Below, one piece after another: positions 42,202-52,501 of a DNA stretch of 64,000 nucleotides (positions within the stretch are counted from its first letter, which is position 1; each line of letters begins with the position of its first letter). The notes below the pieces were generated by a model. It was not told the DNA's origin, ran no database searches, and was given only the letters and a program-made list of their open reading frames with translations. The position numbers were made by a program, and so were the translations under genes. This DNA is from Geopsychrobacteraceae bacterium (GTDB lineage: Bacteria > Desulfobacterota > Desulfuromonadia > Desulfuromonadales > Geopsychrobacteraceae). The stretch spans positions 1,408,001 to 1,472,000 of the forward strand of contig CAXXTB010000002.1 in NCBI GenBank assembly GCA_963676795.2, read 5' to 3'.

Positions 42202-43269
42202 TCAACTGAATGTCATCTTCCTTTCCAGATCCATCGACTTGGAGATCCGTTTCGCATCGTTGATGGAAATCCGGTCATTCTTGCAGAGCTGGATCAGGTG
42301 CTGATCCATGGTCTGCATCTGGTACTGTGCCTGGCCTTTTTCGATAAGGCCCTCGATTTCGTTCAGCTTCCCGTCACGGATACAGGCCTGAATGGTCGTC
42401 GTTGAGCGCATGATTTCGACGACCGGGAGGATCTGCTCTCCCGTTTTATCTTCAATAAGCCGCAGCGAGACAATCGCCACCAGGGCATCCGCCAGGCGCT
42501 GACGCATGATTTCCTGCGATTCCGGTGGATAGTGACCGATAATGCGGTTGATTGTCGATACGGCTCCTTGAGTGTGCAGCGTGGAAAAGACCAGGTGGCC
42601 CGTTTCCGAGGCCTTGATGCAGGCGTCTATCGTCTCCAGATCGCGCAGCTCTCCGACCATGATGACGTCCGGGTCCATGCGCAGAGAGGCTTTGAGTGCA
42701 GCACTGAAGCTTTCGGTATCGATATGCACTTCACGTTGAATGACACAGCTTCTTTTAGAGGTGAAAAGAAACTCGACAGGATCTTCAATGGTGATGATGT
42801 TGAAGGCGTATTTATCGTTGATGTAGTCAATCATCGAGGCCAGTGTCGTCGACTTGCCGTTGCCGGTCGGGCCTGTGACCAGGATCAGTCCGTTAGGCGC
42901 CTTGACGATTTCTGACAGGACTGCTGGGAGCTTCAACTGCTCAAAGTTTCCGATTTCAGGTGGTATGACCCGCATGACGATGCCGATATGGCCACGTTGC
43001 TTGAAAATACTGGCCCTGAACCTTCCGCCATTGTTGAGGGCGTATGACGCGTCAAATTCGGTGAAATCTTCAGGGAGTTCCCGCAGGTTTTTGGCCATGA
43101 TGATCTTGGCGACAAAGGCGGTGTCTTCAGGTTTCAGGTTGGGTAGTTTGGATCTGAGCAGTTGTCCATGGGCTCTGAAGAATGGTGGGTTGTCGACTTC
43201 AAAATGGATATCAGATACACGCTTGGCAAAAGCGATTTCTAGAATCTGATTGAGCATCTTTATATCCAT
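42202..43269 (-). CDS. PilT/PilU-family type IV pilus ATPase paralogue
   Basis: GPTGNGKST, TIEDPVE, LRMDPDVIMVGELRD, ETGHLVFSTLHT, MQTMDQ. Confidence 0.9.
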   Translation of the reverse strand: MDIKMLNQILEIAFAKRVSDIHFEVDNPPFFRAHGQLLRSKLPNLKPEDTAFVAKIIMAKNLRELPEDFTEFDASYALNNGGRFRASIFKQRGHIGIVMRVIPPEIGNFEQLKLPAVLSEIVKAPNGLILVTGPTGNGKSTTLASMIDYINDKYAFNIITIEDPVEFLFTSKRSCVIQREVHIDTESFSAALKASLRMDPDVIMVGELRDLETIDACIKASETGHLVFSTLHTQGAVSTINRIIGHYPPESQEIMRQRLADALVAIVSLRLIEDKTGEQILPVVEIMRSTTTIQACIRDGKLNEIEGLIEKGQAQYQMQTMDQHLIQLCKNDRISINDAKRISKSMDLERKMTFS

Positions 43270-43301
43270 GGTTTGTACTCCTTATAATCAATCTCAATCT
43301 G

Positions 43302-45056
43302 TTAAGACAGAAGTTGTTTGCGGAACAGGGCATTTTCCATGATCAGGCTGGCCTGGCTTATGAAATAATTGAAAAAGTTGCTGTCAACCTGCTGAGCCTC
43401 ATCGTTTCCGTTGTCTGCATAGATCAGCATAACGGTCTTGTTGTTGCACCTGATAGGTAATAGTAATGAGCTGTCTGTTTTGGGAGAAGTGATTTTCCCG
43501 TAAAGCATGCGTTGGAAGTCCGGGTCGGGAATGCTTCCGCAAAAGGATTCCCCGAGATTGAAGAGCTGGAAAATCCTTGAATCCTCAGCGAGGGGAAATC
43601 TCCATTTTAAGATTTCCGACAGTTGCTTGTCTTTGTTAAGAATTCCGACACTTCGTTCTGCTATGAGTTCGTTTTTATTGACAACGAAGGTTATGGCCCT
43701 GGAAAAATAGCTATTTACAAAACGCATGATCTCTGCAGAAACATCGGCGACTTTCCTGTACTGTTTCAGATGAACCAGGTTTTGCTGCAGGGTTCTGAGG
43801 TCAAAGAGGCCGGTATTCTGGCGCTGGTCGGAGAGATAGGACTGAAAAGTCTCCAGAAATGTAATCATGTCGTCAGCATAGCTCGCATCGGTACTGACCT
43901 GTGGAATCGGCAGTACGATCCTGACGCCGGTTTTGATGGCTTTGAGTTGGAAGTTCAGCTGGGCCGGATAGGCCAGTTGTGCAATGCCGACATTGAGGTA
44001 GTTGTTCTGGATGTTGATGCGGATATTTTCCAGTTTTTCTATCTCTTCTTCATCTGGTGCGTTAAGGATGACCAGTGGTTTCATCTGGCGGATGATCGAC
44101 TGTTCGATCAGCCTGTAGAGGTCGTCCTCAGATTGAGCATTGAAGACGAAGCGGCCTTCGTGCTTGCAGACGGCCATGATCGACTGCTCGATGAGTGGAT
44201 CGTTGGCAAAGAGGATCAATGCCTGGTTTGAGCTGGAGAACAGGGTCTTGGGCTGTGTTGCAGACAGGTTATCAAGAAAATCGGCAAGTTTCTTCTGGTT
44301 CTCATCACTGAGCGATTCCGTTGCCTTGGCACTGATTTCGCGTCTCAGGTTGTCGGCGTCAAACGACTCGAGGCCATTGAAAACCTGTGGAATCTTCCGT
44401 TCGACCTTGTCCAGGTCCGCCAGGCCGAGGATGTCTTCGGATATAATATCGCTGGATTCTTCTGTCTGATGGTTGTTGTTTTCAAAAACGCCGATCCGTG
44501 GATCCTCCTCCAGCGGCTCGTCGGAAAATTCTATTTCACCCGCATGGACCTTTTCATCGAAGATCCGCAGGGCGTCCATCAGAACCATCTGGGTATTCAG
44601 TGAAAGATCCTGAAGTGCCTGGGGCAGATAGCGGTATTCGTCAACAATAGAAACCGCATCGACATCAAAGGTGAAGACCCCCCGTGTCCAGCTGATCATC
44701 TCGACAATGGTCATTTCAATCAGGGTTTCCAGGGCTTTAAATACTAGCTCCTTTGAAACGGGACAGGTCTCTATGATAATGGCCAGAAGCGGTTTGTGCT
44801 CATCGGGATCATTGCTCTGCAGGCCCAGTGCCTTGTTCAGGTCTGCCTGGCTGATGATCTCATTTTCAATCAGGATTGAGCCAATCCTGATTTTCTCCTG
44901 AGAATGCGTCGCGCTGATGATATAGCCGTCATTGAAGACAAGCTTGCCTTCGCCCTTGCGACTGTAGACATTCAACGTACCCGATTTGCGGGTGGAGTGA
45001 ATCAGTTGAATGACGTCGACTATTGGAAGGTGTTCCAACTCGCCGGTGAGAGGCAT
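43302..45056 (-). CDS. DUF4388 (PatA-N) domain protein with possible C-terminal GAF-like region
   Basis: LTGELEHLPIVDVIQLIHSTRKSGTL...WTRGVFTF N-terminus; RIGSILIE segment; LLLPI...MLIYADN C-terminus. Confidence 0.75.
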   Translation of the reverse strand: MPLTGELEHLPIVDVIQLIHSTRKSGTLNVYSRKGEGKLVFNDGYIISATHSQEKIRIGSILIENEIISQADLNKALGLQSNDPDEHKPLLAIIIETCPVSKELVFKALETLIEMTIVEMISWTRGVFTFDVDAVSIVDEYRYLPQALQDLSLNTQMVLMDALRIFDEKVHAGEIEFSDEPLEEDPRIGVFENNNHQTEESSDIISEDILGLADLDKVERKIPQVFNGLESFDADNLRREISAKATESLSDENQKKLADFLDNLSATQPKTLFSSSNQALILFANDPLIEQSIMAVCKHEGRFVFNAQSEDDLYRLIEQSIIRQMKPLVILNAPDEEEIEKLENIRINIQNNYLNVGIAQLAYPAQLNFQLKAIKTGVRIVLPIPQVSTDASYADDMITFLETFQSYLSDQRQNTGLFDLRTLQQNLVHLKQYRKVADVSAEIMRFVNSYFSRAITFVVNKNELIAERSVGILNKDKQLSEILKWRFPLAEDSRIFQLFNLGESFCGSIPDPDFQRMLYGKITSPKTDSSLLLPIRCNNKTVMLIYADNGNDEAQQVDSNFFNYFISQASLIMENALFRKQLLS

Positions 45057-45168
45057 TTTTTGACCTTTCTTTGGAAACAGTTGATAGTTTTAAAATTTAT
45101 CAGAAATTCCTTATGTTCGATAGTATGAATTGATTTTAAAAATTGTCGATTTTATATAATCGGGATTA

Positions 45169-45185
45169 TGTCGAATTTATTTACA
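45169..45185. promoter_or_regulatory. TGT-N11-ACA enhancer-type site upstream of the PEP-CTERM gene
   Basis: TGT-cgaatttattt-ACA ending 62 bp before a sigma54 motif. Confidence 0.55.
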
Positions 45186-45247
45186 GTTAAGCCGCAATTA
45201 TTTGTGAAGCTTGTACGAAAATATGTAAAAACAGCTTGTTGCGCCAT

Positions 45248-45263
45248 TGGCATGTTTCGTGCT
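45248..45263 (+). promoter_or_regulatory. Sigma54 (-24/-12) promoter
   Basis: TGGCAT-GTTTC-GTGCT with correct GG/GC spacing, ~50 bp before the PEP-CTERM ATG. Confidence 0.7.
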
Positions 45264-45314
45264 CATAGTTGGCTGTGAACTAAAATTACTAAAAACTACA
45301 AGCTGGAGGAAAAA

Positions 45315-45989
45315 ATGATCAAAAAACTATTTTTGACAATTATGTGTCTGGGATTGGTGACAACCACTTCTTTTGCATTGTCGATTGACGGAAACGTCCT
45401 CAACGTTGATGGTTATAGCTACACTGACACTGGAGCCGGAACTTTTTATCTAACCGATAACGATGGTACCAATGACGATGCGACAGCATTTCTTTTGTTG
45501 GAGTTGGCTGGTAACGCCAATAGAAATGCGTTTGGGCTTTTTACATACTCCCATGACGACGTTTTGGATACCTACGCTCTTTTGGAGACGCTGGAAATTT
45601 TTTCTGGTTCTGATAGCTCGGTAACATCTGCAACGTTGAAGTTTGAAAATGACTCAATTACACTTGACGGAGTTTCAATCACCGATACCGGCTACTTTGG
45701 TTTTTATATCACTGGTGTAGATGGGACTTTCTACTCGGTGAGTGCGTTGAACAACGGTGTGGATTATTTCCTTTCTTTTGATACAAGCGACAATGTCGCT
45801 GGTTCGCTGTTGGGTAGTGATGTTGTTTTAGCCATGGAAGATCTGGTCAATGCTGATTTTGACTATAATGACATGGTTGTTGGCGTTTCTGATATCGCAC
45901 CTGCTCCAGTTCCGGAGCCAGCCACTCTGGTGCTCCTGGGTACTGGCCTTGTTGGCCTTGCTTACTTCAAGCGTCGTAGCCGCAGGTAA
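45315..45989 (+). CDS. PEP-CTERM sorting-domain surface protein (DUF4114-like region)
   Basis: Signal peptide; AMEDL...DFDYNDMVV; C-terminal VPEPATLVLLGTGLVGLAYFKRRSRR. Confidence 0.93.
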   Translation: MIKKLFLTIMCLGLVTTTSFALSIDGNVLNVDGYSYTDTGAGTFYLTDNDGTNDDATAFLLLELAGNANRNAFGLFTYSHDDVLDTYALLETLEIFSGSDSSVTSATLKFENDSITLDGVSITDTGYFGFYITGVDGTFYSVSALNNGVDYFLSFDTSDNVAGSLLGSDVVLAMEDLVNADFDYNDMVVGVSDIAPAPVPEPATLVLLGTGLVGLAYFKRRSRR

Positions 45990-46012
45990 GTCTATATAAA
46001 TATAGTAATATT

Positions 46013-46048
46013 GAGGGCCTCTTCGCTGTGAGAGGCCCTTTTTTTTAT
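46013..46048 (+). terminator. Intrinsic terminator after the PEP-CTERM gene
   Basis: agggcctct-tcgctgtg-agaggccct followed by a long T run. Confidence 0.85.
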
Positions 46049-46164
46049 GAAAGAATTGTAATCTCATTTGCAATTTCTCACTTTGTAGCGGTATACTGCG
46101 AATCTGTTTTGAATTATATTTGTAATATATTTCTGGCCTCATTTCTGGTTTACGGGGGAGTTTT

Positions 46165-48804
46165 ATGAAACAGTTCTTGTTTCTGACGATTATTGTGTTC
46201 TTGATTTCTTCATGTGGTGGACAGTCCGCTGATGAAATGACGGCGCAGGGGCGTAATCTTGTCTCGCAGGGGAATTATCGTGGTGCGATTGTTTTTTATA
46301 AAAACGCTCTCGAAAAGGATCCTAATCACCTGGATGCACGTGTTGCGCTTGCTGATGCTTACCTGGAGAATGGAAACTTTTCCCAGGCGGTCAGTGAGTT
46401 CCAAAAAGTTCTTCTACAGAATCCGTCATATTCTGAAGCCTATCTGAAAATTGCCACGGCATATATCAATCAGAACGATTCACAAAGAGCTCTTTTGCAG
46501 CTTGATGCCTACCTGAAAGTTCATACCGAAACGGTCGAGTCTCTTGTTCTTTATGGTCGTTCCTATGGTGTTGCCGGAGATCTGCAATCCGCCAAGTCAA
46601 TGTTTGCCAAGGCGCTGCAGCTTGATTCTGACGCTATTGAGCCACGTATGTTTCTTGCTCGTGTTGCAGTGCAGGAGCGGGATTATCAAAAGGCAAAGAC
46701 ATATCTTGATGAGATCGTAGCTCTGGATGCACAGAATATCGATGCCAGGTATCTGCTCGCCAATATCCTCTTGCGTGAAGGGAGCCGTGAGGAGGCTCTT
46801 CAGACTTATCAGGATATATACGAAGTGAGTTCACGACAGGTTGTCGCCTATTATATGGCTGCTGTGTTACAGATGGATATGGGGGCTCTGGATGCAGCAT
46901 CAAAGACGATCGGTCAGTTTGCGTCAGTGTACCCTGATCGTGCCGAGGTGTCGCGCTTAACAGGCATATTGAACTATCGGCAGGGCAATTATGACCAGTC
47001 CAAGACGATTCTTGAGGCTTCTTTGGCGAAAGATGCACATCCACTTGGTTATCTGTTTCTTGGCCTGTCCTACTACGGTCTGAATCAATACGAACTTGCC
47101 CTGAATCAGTTCCAGCGTGCTCTTGACATCAATCCAGACTTTGAACGTGCAAGGATACTTGTTGCTACGACGCTCCTCAAGCAGAAGAGGGTTGATGACG
47201 CTATTATCGAGATCCAGAAGGTTCTAAGGACTAATCCACAGAATGCCTATGCTCACAACATTTTGGGCAGCGCCTATCTCGCTTCAGGGGAATATGACAA
47301 GGGGATGGCTGAACTTGATCTCGCAACCGAACTGGATCCCGGCCTCGCTGATGCTCATTTGAAGCAGGGATTGTTCCATTTGTCTCAAGGCGACAGCACC
47401 CGTGGCGAAGCCGATCTGATCAGTGCGGTGCAGGCGGCGCCGGAAGTTTTGAACAGCCGTCTTATGCTGGTCAGTTATTATCTGCAGAAACAGAATTACT
47501 CAGCGGCTATCGATACGCTTAAGTCGGGTTTGACCGGTGAAAAGAGTGACGCTCTGCTCTATAACTACCTTGCGGCTGCCTATTTCTCGCAGAAAAACAA
47601 CAAGCTGGCTGTTTCCGCACTTGAGTCGGCTAAAAAGGTCAATTCCGCGTACTTGACGCCTTATTTTAACCTTGCGTCTTATTATGCGTCTCAATCCAGT
47701 TATCAGCAGGCGTTGGATGAGTATCAGTCTATTCTGGCTCAGGATGAAAAGAACCTCCGTGCCTTGATGTCGATGTCTGGTCTGTATCGGATGATGGGTA
47801 AAGAGGATGAGCTGTCTGCACTCTACACACGGATTGTAGATACTGATACCGAGCAGGGTTATTTTGTTGCTGCTCAATATCTGCTTAGGTCTGGTGATTC
47901 TGGCGAGGCTATCAGGATTATTGAAAAGGGACTGCAGTCTTTCAGCTCTTCGGTTCCTTTGCTCAATCTTCAGGCCGGTATTTATCTGCAGAAAAAGGAT
48001 CTGGTGCAGGCAGAGGCAATTTATACGAAACTTTCCGGAATTGCTCCGGAGCAGGGGTACGGCTCGTTGCTGCGTCTTTATCTGACCAAGGGGGACCGGG
48101 ATAAGGCGTCAGTTCTGATTGATTCTTTATTGCAGGATCATGCTGATTCTGATTTTCCTTACCTGTTTGCTTCATCTCTGAATATGAGTGAGAAGGACTA
48201 TCCTGCTGCGAGGGAGATTCTGAACAGGGGGATGGAAAGAGTTAAATCCTCTGAGCGCTTACAGATGCAACTGGCCAGGATTTACGAAATAACTGGCGAT
48301 GCGCCTGATGCCAGGAAAATTTATCTCGCCCTTAGAAACAAGAATAACCGTTTTGCTCCAGCTTATGTTGCTCTCGGTTATTTGGATGAACAACAGGGCA
48401 ACAAAGCTTCTGCGCGGGATAATTATCGAGCGGCAATCAAATACGATGCGAACAATGTCTCCGCATTGAATAACCTGGCCTACCTGCTTGCGGATAATTT
48501 TGGTGAAGTGGAAGAGTCGCTCGACCTGGCTATGAAAGCCTACCGTATTCAGCCTAATGATCCCAGAATTATGGATACCCTTGGTTATCTGCTCATAAAA
48601 AACAAACGTTCGGCTGATGCTCTAAAGCTTCTCGAAAAAGCTCATGAATTATTGCCTGGCGAACCTGCGGTCAGTCTTCACCTTGCCATGGCTAAAGCGG
48701 ATACTGGTGAGGTTGATGCTGCGAAACTATTGCTGAATGAAATTCGTAATCATTCAGATGCTCAGCTTCGACAACAGGCGCAAGAGATTCTTGAGTCATT
48801 GTAG
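46165..48804 (+). CDS. prsT: PEP-CTERM system TPR-repeat lipoprotein
   Basis: Lipobox LISSC; many TPRs; ALNNLAYLLA...IMDTLG C-terminus; 879 aa; locus context. Confidence 0.85.
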   Translation: MKQFLFLTIIVFLISSCGGQSADEMTAQGRNLVSQGNYRGAIVFYKNALEKDPNHLDARVALADAYLENGNFSQAVSEFQKVLLQNPSYSEAYLKIATAYINQNDSQRALLQLDAYLKVHTETVESLVLYGRSYGVAGDLQSAKSMFAKALQLDSDAIEPRMFLARVAVQERDYQKAKTYLDEIVALDAQNIDARYLLANILLREGSREEALQTYQDIYEVSSRQVVAYYMAAVLQMDMGALDAASKTIGQFASVYPDRAEVSRLTGILNYRQGNYDQSKTILEASLAKDAHPLGYLFLGLSYYGLNQYELALNQFQRALDINPDFERARILVATTLLKQKRVDDAIIEIQKVLRTNPQNAYAHNILGSAYLASGEYDKGMAELDLATELDPGLADAHLKQGLFHLSQGDSTRGEADLISAVQAAPEVLNSRLMLVSYYLQKQNYSAAIDTLKSGLTGEKSDALLYNYLAAAYFSQKNNKLAVSALESAKKVNSAYLTPYFNLASYYASQSSYQQALDEYQSILAQDEKNLRALMSMSGLYRMMGKEDELSALYTRIVDTDTEQGYFVAAQYLLRSGDSGEAIRIIEKGLQSFSSSVPLLNLQAGIYLQKKDLVQAEAIYTKLSGIAPEQGYGSLLRLYLTKGDRDKASVLIDSLLQDHADSDFPYLFASSLNMSEKDYPAAREILNRGMERVKSSERLQMQLARIYEITGDAPDARKIYLALRNKNNRFAPAYVALGYLDEQQGNKASARDNYRAAIKYDANNVSALNNLAYLLADNFGEVEESLDLAMKAYRIQPNDPRIMDTLGYLLIKNKRSADALKLLEKAHELLPGEPAVSLHLAMAKADTGEVDAAKLLLNEIRNHSDAQLRQQAQEILESL

Positions 48805-48813
48805 GAAGATTGC

Positions 48814-50175
48814 ATGATAAGGCCTAAATTTCTGATTTTTTGCCTGGATGCCTTGCTGGCAATTGTGTCTTTTGCTTTAGCTCATTTCGTCCGTTTTGGG
48901 TTTGCGAATCATACTGAGATCTTTTTTTCTGGTGGCTATCTGCGCCTTCTGGTCTACCTGCTGGTATTGCTCTTTTTCTGTTATTTTTTTGAGCTTTTCG
49001 ATCTCAAGAGTTTTTACGATCGAAAGATTGTTAAATTCAATACCGTCGTCGTTTTTCTTGCTTCACTGATCTCACTCTCTTTTCTCTTCTATTTTATCCC
49101 TGCCGTGCAGTTCGGGAGAGGGTTGTTGCTGATTTCATTGGTGCTGTTTTTTGCATTTCAATACCTGAGCAGGTTGGTGATGCTCAGGTTCAGCAATAAT
49201 GCGCGTTTTGCCAATCGCATCGTGATTATCGGTGCCGGGCACCTTGCTCAGAAGATGTACTTGGCACTGCCTTCCGATAGCAATGTTCATAGTTTCGTTC
49301 GTTTTATCAGTACGACGGAGAAAGAGTTAATCGTTGATCCTGAGTTGGTTATCGGCAATATCAGTGATCTCAATACATTGATACAGGATTATCGACCGCA
49401 GAAAATTGTCACCGCCCTCGAAGAGCGCAGAGGAAATCTGCCGTTGAAAGAATTCATGCACATCAAACTGCGTGGAGTTGAGGTCATCGATGCCACCGCT
49501 TTTTTTGAGGAGCAAAAGGGTGCACTGCTGGTTGAGAATATGCAACCGAGTGAATTCGTTTACACTCACCGGTTTCGCATGACTCGTTTTATGCGCAGCT
49601 TGAAACGCGTCAATGACATAATATTTTCATCAATAGGTTTGACCCTTTCTTCCCCACTGTTCCCGGTTATTGCTGTTCTGATCAAGCTGGACTCTTCTGG
49701 TCCGGTTTTCTTCAAACAGTTGAGAGTCGGAGAAGGGGAGATTGAGTTCTTTGTCTACAAGTTCAGGACAATGGCCGAGGACGCAGAAAAGCAAACGGGG
49801 GCTGTCTGGGCCCAGAAAAATGATCCCAGGGTTACTCGTATCGGCAAGTTTATGCGCAAAACGCGTATAGATGAGATTCCGCAGCTTTACAATGTGCTCA
49901 AAGGGGATATGAGTTTTATCGGTCCTCGCCCTGAGCGGATGGCCTTTGTTGAACGGTTGAAGGAAACGATACCGTTTTATTCAACACGTCACTTTGTTAA
50001 GCCCGGTGTAACCGGATGGGCGCAGGTGTGTTATCCTTATGGAGCTTCAGATGAAGATGCTCTTGAGAAGCTCAGGTATGATCTGTATTACATAAAAAAT
50101 TATTCCGTTTTACTCGATTTCAAGATTGTTATTGATACGATTCGTGTCGTTGTTTCCGGATTTGGCGGGAGATAG
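48814..50175 (+). CDS. Priming (polyprenyl-phosphate) glycosyltransferase, PEP-CTERM-system type
   Basis: 4 TMs; YKFRTM, RIDEIPQL, GDMSFIGPRPER, VKPGVTGWAQV. Confidence 0.92.
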   Translation: MIRPKFLIFCLDALLAIVSFALAHFVRFGFANHTEIFFSGGYLRLLVYLLVLLFFCYFFELFDLKSFYDRKIVKFNTVVVFLASLISLSFLFYFIPAVQFGRGLLLISLVLFFAFQYLSRLVMLRFSNNARFANRIVIIGAGHLAQKMYLALPSDSNVHSFVRFISTTEKELIVDPELVIGNISDLNTLIQDYRPQKIVTALEERRGNLPLKEFMHIKLRGVEVIDATAFFEEQKGALLVENMQPSEFVYTHRFRMTRFMRSLKRVNDIIFSSIGLTLSSPLFPVIAVLIKLDSSGPVFFKQLRVGEGEIEFFVYKFRTMAEDAEKQTGAVWAQKNDPRVTRIGKFMRKTRIDEIPQLYNVLKGDMSFIGPRPERMAFVERLKETIPFYSTRHFVKPGVTGWAQVCYPYGASDEDALEKLRYDLYYIKNYSVLLDFKIVIDTIRVVVSGFGGR

Positions 50176-50178
50176 TCT

Positions 50179-50973
50179 ATGGTTTGCAGAATTATTATAC
50201 TGTTACTGGTTTTGCCTTGTTTGCTGATCAATACATTGTGGGCTGCCAATTACAAGATTGGAAAGGGGGATGTTCTTGAAGTTTCCGTCTGGGGAGTGCC
50301 GGAAATGAGTCGATCCGTAACCGTGCGGCCAGATGGCAAGATTACCTTACCCGCTGTAGGGGACATCATGGCAGATCGTCTTGAGCCGGAGGAGTTAAGC
50401 CACGTCATTGCCGCTCAGATGAAAACATATGTCAAGGAGCCGATTGTTACGGTTTCTGTGCAGCAGATTATCAATAACCGTATTTATATCACGGGAGGTG
50501 AGCTCTCTCGTGCTGTTGATATGACCAAGGAAACCTCGCTGCTCAGGCTTCTCAGCGAGTTGGGGGACCTTTCGTCAGTTGATTTGAGAAAGGCTTATCT
50601 GCTGCGTGGAGAAGACAAGATCAAGTCTGATTTTTACAGTCTCTATTATTCCGGGAATGTCAACGAAGATGTAAACTTGCAGTCTGAGGATATTATCTTC
50701 CTGCCGAGTAATCGTAATAACCTTGTCTATGTCCTGGGAGCTGTCGTGAATCCCCAGAACCTCCAGTTTTATGAAGGGATGCGAGTCCTGGATGCCGTTC
50801 TGGCGGCCGGTGGTTTTACTGAATTTGCCAAAGAAGATGTCGTTTATGTGATGGATGAAAACAAGAAGAAAGCCAAAGTCGATCTGAAGAGCCTGATAAA
50901 AGGCAAAGACCTGGATGCCAATGTTTTGCTCCACCCTGGTGATTATGTGATTGTAGAAGAGAGCCTTTTTTAG
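50179..50973 (+). CDS. Polysaccharide export protein (Wza-like, SLBB domains)
   Basis: YKIGKGDVLEVSVW, VRPDGKITLP, VLGAV...AAGGFTEFA. Confidence 0.9.
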   Translation: MVCRIIILLLVLPCLLINTLWAANYKIGKGDVLEVSVWGVPEMSRSVTVRPDGKITLPAVGDIMADRLEPEELSHVIAAQMKTYVKEPIVTVSVQQIINNRIYITGGELSRAVDMTKETSLLRLLSELGDLSSVDLRKAYLLRGEDKIKSDFYSLYYSGNVNEDVNLQSEDIIFLPSNRNNLVYVLGAVVNPQNLQFYEGMRVLDAVLAAGGFTEFAKEDVVYVMDENKKKAKVDLKSLIKGKDLDANVLLHPGDYVIVEESLF

Positions 50974-50985
50974 GGATGAAAGAGA

Positions 50986-52491
50986 ATGGATAACTTCAAG
51001 GAAATATTTCGCTATATCAGGGCTCTTTTTCGTTATCGTGTCCTCTTCGTTATCGTCAGTCTTGTTGTAATGTCGTTAATAGGTGCCTACAGTTTTACTT
51101 TGCCCAAGATATACAGTGCCGATACGACGGTCTTTATTGAACGAAATGTCATAGATAATCTGGTTGAAGGTATTGCCATTTCTCCCAGTATTGACGATAG
51201 AATTCGAGTATTGCGTTATGCTCTTTTAAGTCGAGAGCTTGTGACAAAGGTTCTCGAAAAGATTGGATCAGATGTTTTTACAAAATCAGAGGCAGAGCAG
51301 CAATCATACATATCTAACTTGATAGCCAAGACTAATTTAAGTGTCAGGGGGCAGGAGTTATTCATTGTGTCAATCACTTCTGCTGATCCTAAATTCGCCC
51401 AAGATTATGTCAATACTTTAGTCAGTGAATATGTAGAAGAGAACTTGTCTGCAAAACGTGATGAAACCTATGGTGCTAATCGCTTTTTGTCTGAGCAGAT
51501 TGAAATTTTCAAGGACAAATTGGAAGCCGCTGAAGACAAAATTATCGAATTCCGAAAAAATAACGGAATCTATTTTTCAATTGATGAGGCGACAACTCTT
51601 GCAAATATTCGTCAGTTAGAGACCCAGATAGAAGAGATAACATTATCGCAGGACACCTTCACTGCAAGAAAAAGACAGATTCAGCAACAGTTGAATGAAA
51701 CGCCAAAAACAATCGACATGGTCAGTGAAGGGGCTGAAAATAGCAGACTTCCCGAGATGGAAGTTCGCTTGGCAAATTTGCTGTTGCAATACACTGAAAA
51801 TTACCCCGAAGTTGTCAGACTAAAAGCTGAAATTGAAAGCCTGAAAAAAACATTGAAAACTCAAGGAGACGTCGGGGCTGAGTCCGCTGATCGGACACGT
51901 CTGACCTCACTGAATCCTTTGCATCAGGAGCTTCAATCGCAGATTTTTGAAATCGATGCTGAACTTTCTTCATTGTCAGCGAGAAAATTGAACCTTGAGA
52001 AGACCATAGCGAAACGTGAACAAGAATTACGTGAAGTTCCTGAGGCGCAAAAAGAGCTCAGGATTCTGGTTCAGGAGCGAGATTCAATCCGCAATGTCTA
52101 TAACGAACTACTTGGGCGCATGAGTCAATCTGAAGTTTCCAAACAGATGGAAATCGGCAACAAGGCCGCAACCTTCAGGATCGTCGATCCGGCCGTTTTG
52201 CCCAAAACCCCTGTTTCTCCAAATCTTTTAAAGATGTTTCTGCTTGCCGTGGTCGGCGGCATTGCTTGCGGCGTCGGTGTTGTTTACCTGCTGGAAACAA
52301 TGGATGGTCGTGTCCGGGATGTATCCGATCTTGAAACGGGTGGATTTGAAGTTCTGGCCATCATTCCGCATATTGTTGAACCGGAAAAGATGAAGAAGCA
52401 AAGATTTAAAGATCTGTTGTTGTATTCATGTGGTGGGATCTATTTTGTCTGTTTTGCCGGAGTTTTCGGCTATGTCCTCTTTTTGAACTAG
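50986..52491 (+). CDS. Polysaccharide chain-length determinant (Wzc membrane/periplasmic part)
   Basis: Two TMs flanking a coiled-coil region; YTENYPEV; FRIVDPAVLPKTPVSPN. Confidence 0.88.
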   Translation: MDNFKEIFRYIRALFRYRVLFVIVSLVVMSLIGAYSFTLPKIYSADTTVFIERNVIDNLVEGIAISPSIDDRIRVLRYALLSRELVTKVLEKIGSDVFTKSEAEQQSYISNLIAKTNLSVRGQELFIVSITSADPKFAQDYVNTLVSEYVEENLSAKRDETYGANRFLSEQIEIFKDKLEAAEDKIIEFRKNNGIYFSIDEATTLANIRQLETQIEEITLSQDTFTARKRQIQQQLNETPKTIDMVSEGAENSRLPEMEVRLANLLLQYTENYPEVVRLKAEIESLKKTLKTQGDVGAESADRTRLTSLNPLHQELQSQIFEIDAELSSLSARKLNLEKTIAKREQELREVPEAQKELRILVQERDSIRNVYNELLGRMSQSEVSKQMEIGNKAATFRIVDPAVLPKTPVSPNLLKMFLLAVVGGIACGVGVVYLLETMDGRVRDVSDLETGGFEVLAIIPHIVEPEKMKKQRFKDLLLYSCGGIYFVCFAGVFGYVLFLN

Positions 52492-52501
52492 GTATCGTTC
52501 T

